64,000 nt of DNA from Hydrolagus colliei. Taxonomy: Eukaryota. Below are positions 59,520 to 64,000 of the stretch, in pieces; the first letter of the stretch is position 1; each line of letters opens with the position of its first letter. A program made the position numbers and the translations under genes. The stretch spans positions 11,284,001 to 11,348,000 of the forward strand of contig CM068750.1 in NCBI GenBank assembly GCA_035084275.1. The letters are read 5' to 3'. A model generated the notes under the pieces. That model saw only the letters and a program-made list of their open reading frames with translations. It did no database searches and was not told the DNA's origin.

Positions 59520-60480
59520 ATCTGATCGCGCTGCTCAACCCAGTGAGTGAGTGAGTGAGTGAGTGCGCTTTACCAGCCCTGGCCACCCACACACCCAGCC
59601 CAGCGGCCGCCAATGTTAATACACAGAGCGATCAGCGGGGCCGACCGAGCGAGTGGCTCAGTGTGAGACCAGAGGTGTCATTTCGCTGTTTAAAGCAGCC
59701 TCCCGTTCCCGGGGATCACAGTCCTCCAACTAACGGGGATTCAGTATAAATCATGATACCATTGTTCTGCATTGCTGACTAATTGTCAAAACTCAGCTAT
59801 TATTTGGACTCCAACTCATCACTAAATGTCGGGCCAGTAGTTTTGCTTCAATTCATTTGATACAGCGCTTGTTAAAAAAAAACCCTCTTCCAGACCTCTC
59901 TCTCACAGCGCTTCACATAATATATAGACTGTAAAGTGAATTGACTGTAGATTAATTAGAAAGCCTCCCCAACCCTTTCTTCATTCTATGCCCGTTGACC
60001 ATATTCGTGTTTAAAACGTGGGGTTAGTTAGTTGGCTGGAAATCGGCTGTTCCTCTGCCGCCGGCACGAAGGGCGGGGGAGGGACAAGGCGAGGCCCCGG
60101 ACCCAGCCCCGGGGTGGCTCCGTGTCCGAGCACCGAGCGAGCGAGGGAGGGAGGGAGGGAGGGATCTCACCCACACACACTCTCCACAGGACTCGGCCAT
60201 AGTCTCATTCCGACTCCCGCAGCTACCAGTAACTTACCTGCTGAGAATCAACACCACCGGGTGTTGAATTAAAGAGCAGCCGCCGACAGACACCAGCCTT
60301 CCCGCCAGCTGCCCAGGCCGCCACCTCAGCCAGCCCAGCCCAGTCAGTCACTGCCCCGTAACCAAGGGCCCGAGCGCCGAGCAACCGAACTGGAGAGAGC
60401 CGCGACAGCCCAGCAGAGCGCTGAGCAACCGAGCAGCTGGATCAGGAAACTAGACTTAACAATAACACAAGGGGCGGGGG
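59520..60480 (-). promoter_or_regulatory. HEATR5A CpG-island promoter / first-exon region
   Basis: CpG-rich segments 59520-59740 and 60040-60440; GC box GGGGCGGGG at about 60471; repeated GAGCAACC half-sites. Confidence 0.65.
60238..60440 (-). other. HEATR5A: Probable non-coding first exon of HEATR5A (5' boundary approximate)
   Basis: Consensus donor CAG|GTAAGT at 60238/60237 within a CpG island. Confidence 0.7.
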
Positions 60481-61919
60481 ATAAACACTAATACAGTCCC
60501 AATAACACAGGGAGCCAAACAATAACACTGCACAGTCAAGCACTGATACACGTAACCAAACAAAACACAGAAAAAACAAACAGTAGCAGAACACCAATCA
60601 CACAGAGCCCAACAGTGTAAACATTAACGCCAACAACTAAAACATTTAACACAGAATGTTTAATAACATAGATGATACCGTAGCAAACATCGTTTGAGAT
60701 GTTATCATCAGGAAGTTTAATACTGTATCCTGTCGTCTTGCGGGTTTAATAATATGTAGATGTAATTTGTACATCATTTCCTGATAATAATCCTTGCATT
60801 TGACATCGGGCTTTTCCATCTTTGAGACGTCTCAAAGCGCTTCCCAGAATATGCTGGAAAGTGAATTGACTGTATATTTTGTGGGCGAAACTGATGCAAC
60901 ATGATTGTGGGATTCTCGTCCTTATATTTATGCATCTTAAACAATCCGTCTACTGCAAAAACCTGTGCTGGTACTTTCTCTTTGTATCACATGATTAGAG
61001 AATTCCATCCATCATACCACAGCACATTATAACTTTGTTTTGGGAGTAATCAAGCATCCATTGTTCTGCATTACTGACTAATTGTCAAAATTCTACTATT
61101 ATTTGGACTCCAACTCTTGTCGGGCAAGTACTTTTGCTTTAATTCATTTCCCCCCCAAAATTAAGGGTACATCATCATGCTCTTATGAAGATCTGGCATT
61201 TGGCATGTGCGTGAAGAACAAAATGAACAATTAATTTGCTTGTTATTGTAAAACTATGGAAATGCTGTATTGACGTTTTAACTGTAAATCCCACTTGGAC
61301 TGAAGGTCAATATGGTCCAATATCCTGCAGTGCCTCACAACACATTTGTTCAGGGCACTCTCTGCTTATTCTATTGTTACACTTAATATTAGAACATTCT
61401 CTCATGATATAGAAATATTTTCATACAAATATTTTGAAAGCACATCTCTCAAACATTATGGATGAAACTAGTCCTTTACAAAACCATTTTCAACTTTCCC
61501 TTCCACTCAAATGTTTGGCATTCTAAAAAGCTAATCTCGAAATCCTTTAAAAATGATTTCAGCTTTTTTACTATTCATTATCCAGCATTGAAGAGCATAC
61601 CCTATTATTCTTTTCTAAGCAACCGCTTCAGGCTTCTTGCAAAAATGGTTTATCCTGAACAAATTTCGCACTTTCCACATACTTAAATAATGCACCAAAT
61701 ATTAGTTCAGATTCCAGTTGAACGCATTGGGCTCAAACAGTCTTCTGTTTGTTCTTGCTTCAGGCTAAATATTGAACAGTTCCTGCTCCTTCTCTATCAT
61801 GATGCCATTTAGTTTGGGGTCCATTAACTTAAATATAAGATTTCCGAGCAACCAGATAAATTCATTCCAGCAATCATGATTAAATTAATTCGTAAGTTTT
61901 ATTTTAATTGATGGATCAT

Positions 61920-62180
61920 ATTTAATAATAATCCTTGCATTTGACAGTGCTTTTCATATCTTATCGACGTCCCAAAGCGCTTCACAGAGTTTACTGTAAA
62001 GTGAATTGACTGTATATATTTGTGGGCGAATCGCGGCAGCCAATTCCGCACAGCAGTGTCCCACAAACAGTCGTGGATTGAAATGACCAATTTTATTGTT
62101 GTTGGTTTTTTTGAGGGATTATTATTAGGCATGTGAAGTAAGGAAACTTGTCCAAGTTACGCCCTGAGCCACAGGAGCTC
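61920..62180 (-). mobile_element. SINE copy (further partial copies at about 3870-4070, 20130-20270, 46270-46440, 54810-54890, 60785-60890)
   Basis: Same core and tail motifs. Confidence 0.8.
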
Positions 62181-62393
62181 CAGTTAGTTTTTTTTAAAAA
62201 GAAACATCCATGTTACTGATCCATTTTCCTGTGGCCCTTTTTTGTCTTATGTCCCTGAAGTGATACTTGGGAATCATTGAGATTGCTCTTGTTTGAAAGT
62301 CTTTGTGCACATATAATCATCTTTGCATTTTTGCAAAGAAAAGTACAACTTCCTCAAACTATAATCTTTGGTCATCATTATCATGCTCTAAAG

Positions 62394-63034
62394 TCGTGGT
62401 TCTCAATGTTTTTCAACATTATCGTGTACCCCCACATACACACACCTACCACCCCTCATTCTACTTGCATTTTATTACCAAGCTTTTCTTATACAGGTTG
62501 AGCGTCCTGAATCCAGCAACCTCGGGATCGAGGCCGAGCCAGTTTTCGTGTTTCTGATGTCCGAAGTCCGGAAACGTCCGAGCCCAGGTTTGGGTATTTC
62601 CGGAGTTCGGAACGCCAGAAGCACATCCGAGTCCAAAATGCCTTGGCCCAGGTTGCGATATTTCCGATTTTTGGATCCGATCACCCGATTGCTGCTTTGG
62701 GAAGCTGCAGTGTGCTGTGCAGAGTTCAATTCTGGCCGGGGACTTGTGGATTTTCACTGGGCCCGGCTAGCGACGGAAACGGTTTGACAGGGTGTCCGGA
62801 TTATGGAACATTTTATGGATTCTGGACGACCCTGCCCCTAATCGTCCCGGAGTCCTCTGTATTTTGGACTCTCAACCTGTATAACAAAATAACTAGTACA
62901 TACAAAACGAGGGGAACAATTATACAATTTGGAAGGCTATAAAATGCTAAACAAGTCAATGTATTGCCACCTGTACCCACTGGAACTAATTTTGTACTCC
63001 CTGGGGTATATGTACCCCTGGTTGAGAACCGCTG
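62394..63034. mobile_element. hAT-Charlie-like non-autonomous element
   Basis: Ends TCGTGGTTCTCAA / TTGAGAACCGCTG; 8-bp TSD CTCTAAAG / CTGTAAAG. Confidence 0.75.
62494..62879. mobile_element. Tigger4/Zombi-like MITE nested in a hAT element
   Basis: TA-CAGGTTGAG...CTCAACCTG-TA. Confidence 0.82.
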
Positions 63035-63684
63035 CTGTAAAGCCTTGCTCACGCCTAAACTTAAGATAGCATCGATATAATCCTTTAAGATTGTGTAAAA
63101 AAAATGACACCAGCAGAGGGCAATCACTCAACCCTCCATAACTGCAGTTAAGATTGATACTAAATATGTTGAATTGATACTAAATGCATAAAACTGCATT
63201 TCTGCAAAGTAAAACAGCAAACAAATCCATGTTTAATTTGTTAAAATTCTAATATTGTAACCAGGGTTAATCAAAATCATTGCTAATATTTTATGTTTAT
63301 CTCTGACAGTTAATTTAATTGACAATAAAAAACGCTGTCAACAGCAGTCCATATCTTTAAAATGCAATTCATTTTAAGTCACACTTCACAAACATTGCTT
63401 GCAGAAATTTTAGATAAGACAAAATTTAAATAGTAATTGCACACTGTGAAAAATAAATTGATTTTTTTTTAAATTGCATTCATTATCTAATTTTCTTCCC
63501 CACAGCTGTGTTCTCACATTCTCTCAATGCACTACGTAAGTGTAAAAAAAACATTACATGGGAATGTGATGGAACTCATCAGCACTTTTCTTGCACAAAA
63601 GAACATTTTTATGCATTTCAAGGCAATTTTTCCAACACTGAAAAACAAACTGTTAAATAAAGTATATTTCCACATCATTGATTG

Positions 63685-64000
63685 TTAAAATTCAATCAAG
63701 TGTGTGTATGGTCCATTAGTGTCCATTTTTAACACTTGTCTGTTCCCATAGGTTCCATGTCTGACCACAACTCCAGCTTCAGCACAGTTACTGTTTGAGG
63801 CCAGGGCTTTTTCACATTGATCCACAAATTGAGCATAAAGCTTTTTTCCTTCCTCTTTTCCAATGTTGTGATGGTACTGCATACTGCGTCCTTTGGATTT
63901 GCCACCCAGCGTAGCCTGAGGAATAATCAGTACATTCGCAGGGAGATCCAGCACTGATACATATTTGCCTTCATTGGTCTCACACAGATCCACATTTAAT
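63685..64000 (-). CDS. DTD2: D-aminoacyl-tRNA deacylase 2 (animal DTD2/ATD), last coding exon; 5' part beyond the right edge
   Basis: [21 protein letters not shown]...[24 protein letters not shown]: PQATL and TNGPYTH motifs of DTD2/ATD; syntenic with HEATR5A. Confidence 0.95.
   Translation of the reverse strand, partial: LNVDLCETNEGKYVSVLDLPANVLIIPQATLGGKSKGRSMQYHHNIGKEEGKKLYAQFVDQCEKALASNSNCAEAGVVVRHGTYGNRQVLKMDTNGPYTHLIEF

Noticed and set aside
60248-60267. 8-bp hairpin TCAACACC-ACCG-GGTGTTGA next to the HEATR5A exon 1 donor
   Set aside because: Short enough to arise by chance; no further support.

Overview
Vertebrate genomic DNA, not prokaryotic. Small introns, Deu-domain-like SINEs and L2-type tails suggest a cartilaginous fish such as a chimaera; the species call is inference. 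The window holds the conserved HECTD1-HEATR5A-DTD2 block, all on the minus strand. It contains the 5' part of HECTD1 (8 coding exons, 483 codons, running off the left edge) and a complete HEATR5A (35 coding exons, all GT-AG and phase-consistent, 6141 nt = 2046 aa). It also contains the last coding exon of DTD2. Introns are dense with SINEs, L2/CR1 3' ends and non-autonomous DNA transposons, often nested. Best novelty candidate: a TA-flanked Tigger/pogo-like MITE in a HEATR5A intron carries a perfect 89-bp copy of part of a neighbouring HEATR5A exon plus its splice donor (Pack-TIR-like capture, potentially an in-frame 69-nt new exon). Other candidates are further short-range templated copies, a CpG-rich structured intronic element ending in a polypyrimidine-CAG|GTGAGT site, a SINE tail replacing a splice-acceptor tract, and degenerate Penelope-type hammerhead remnants. 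All coordinates were read by eye and no database searches were run.
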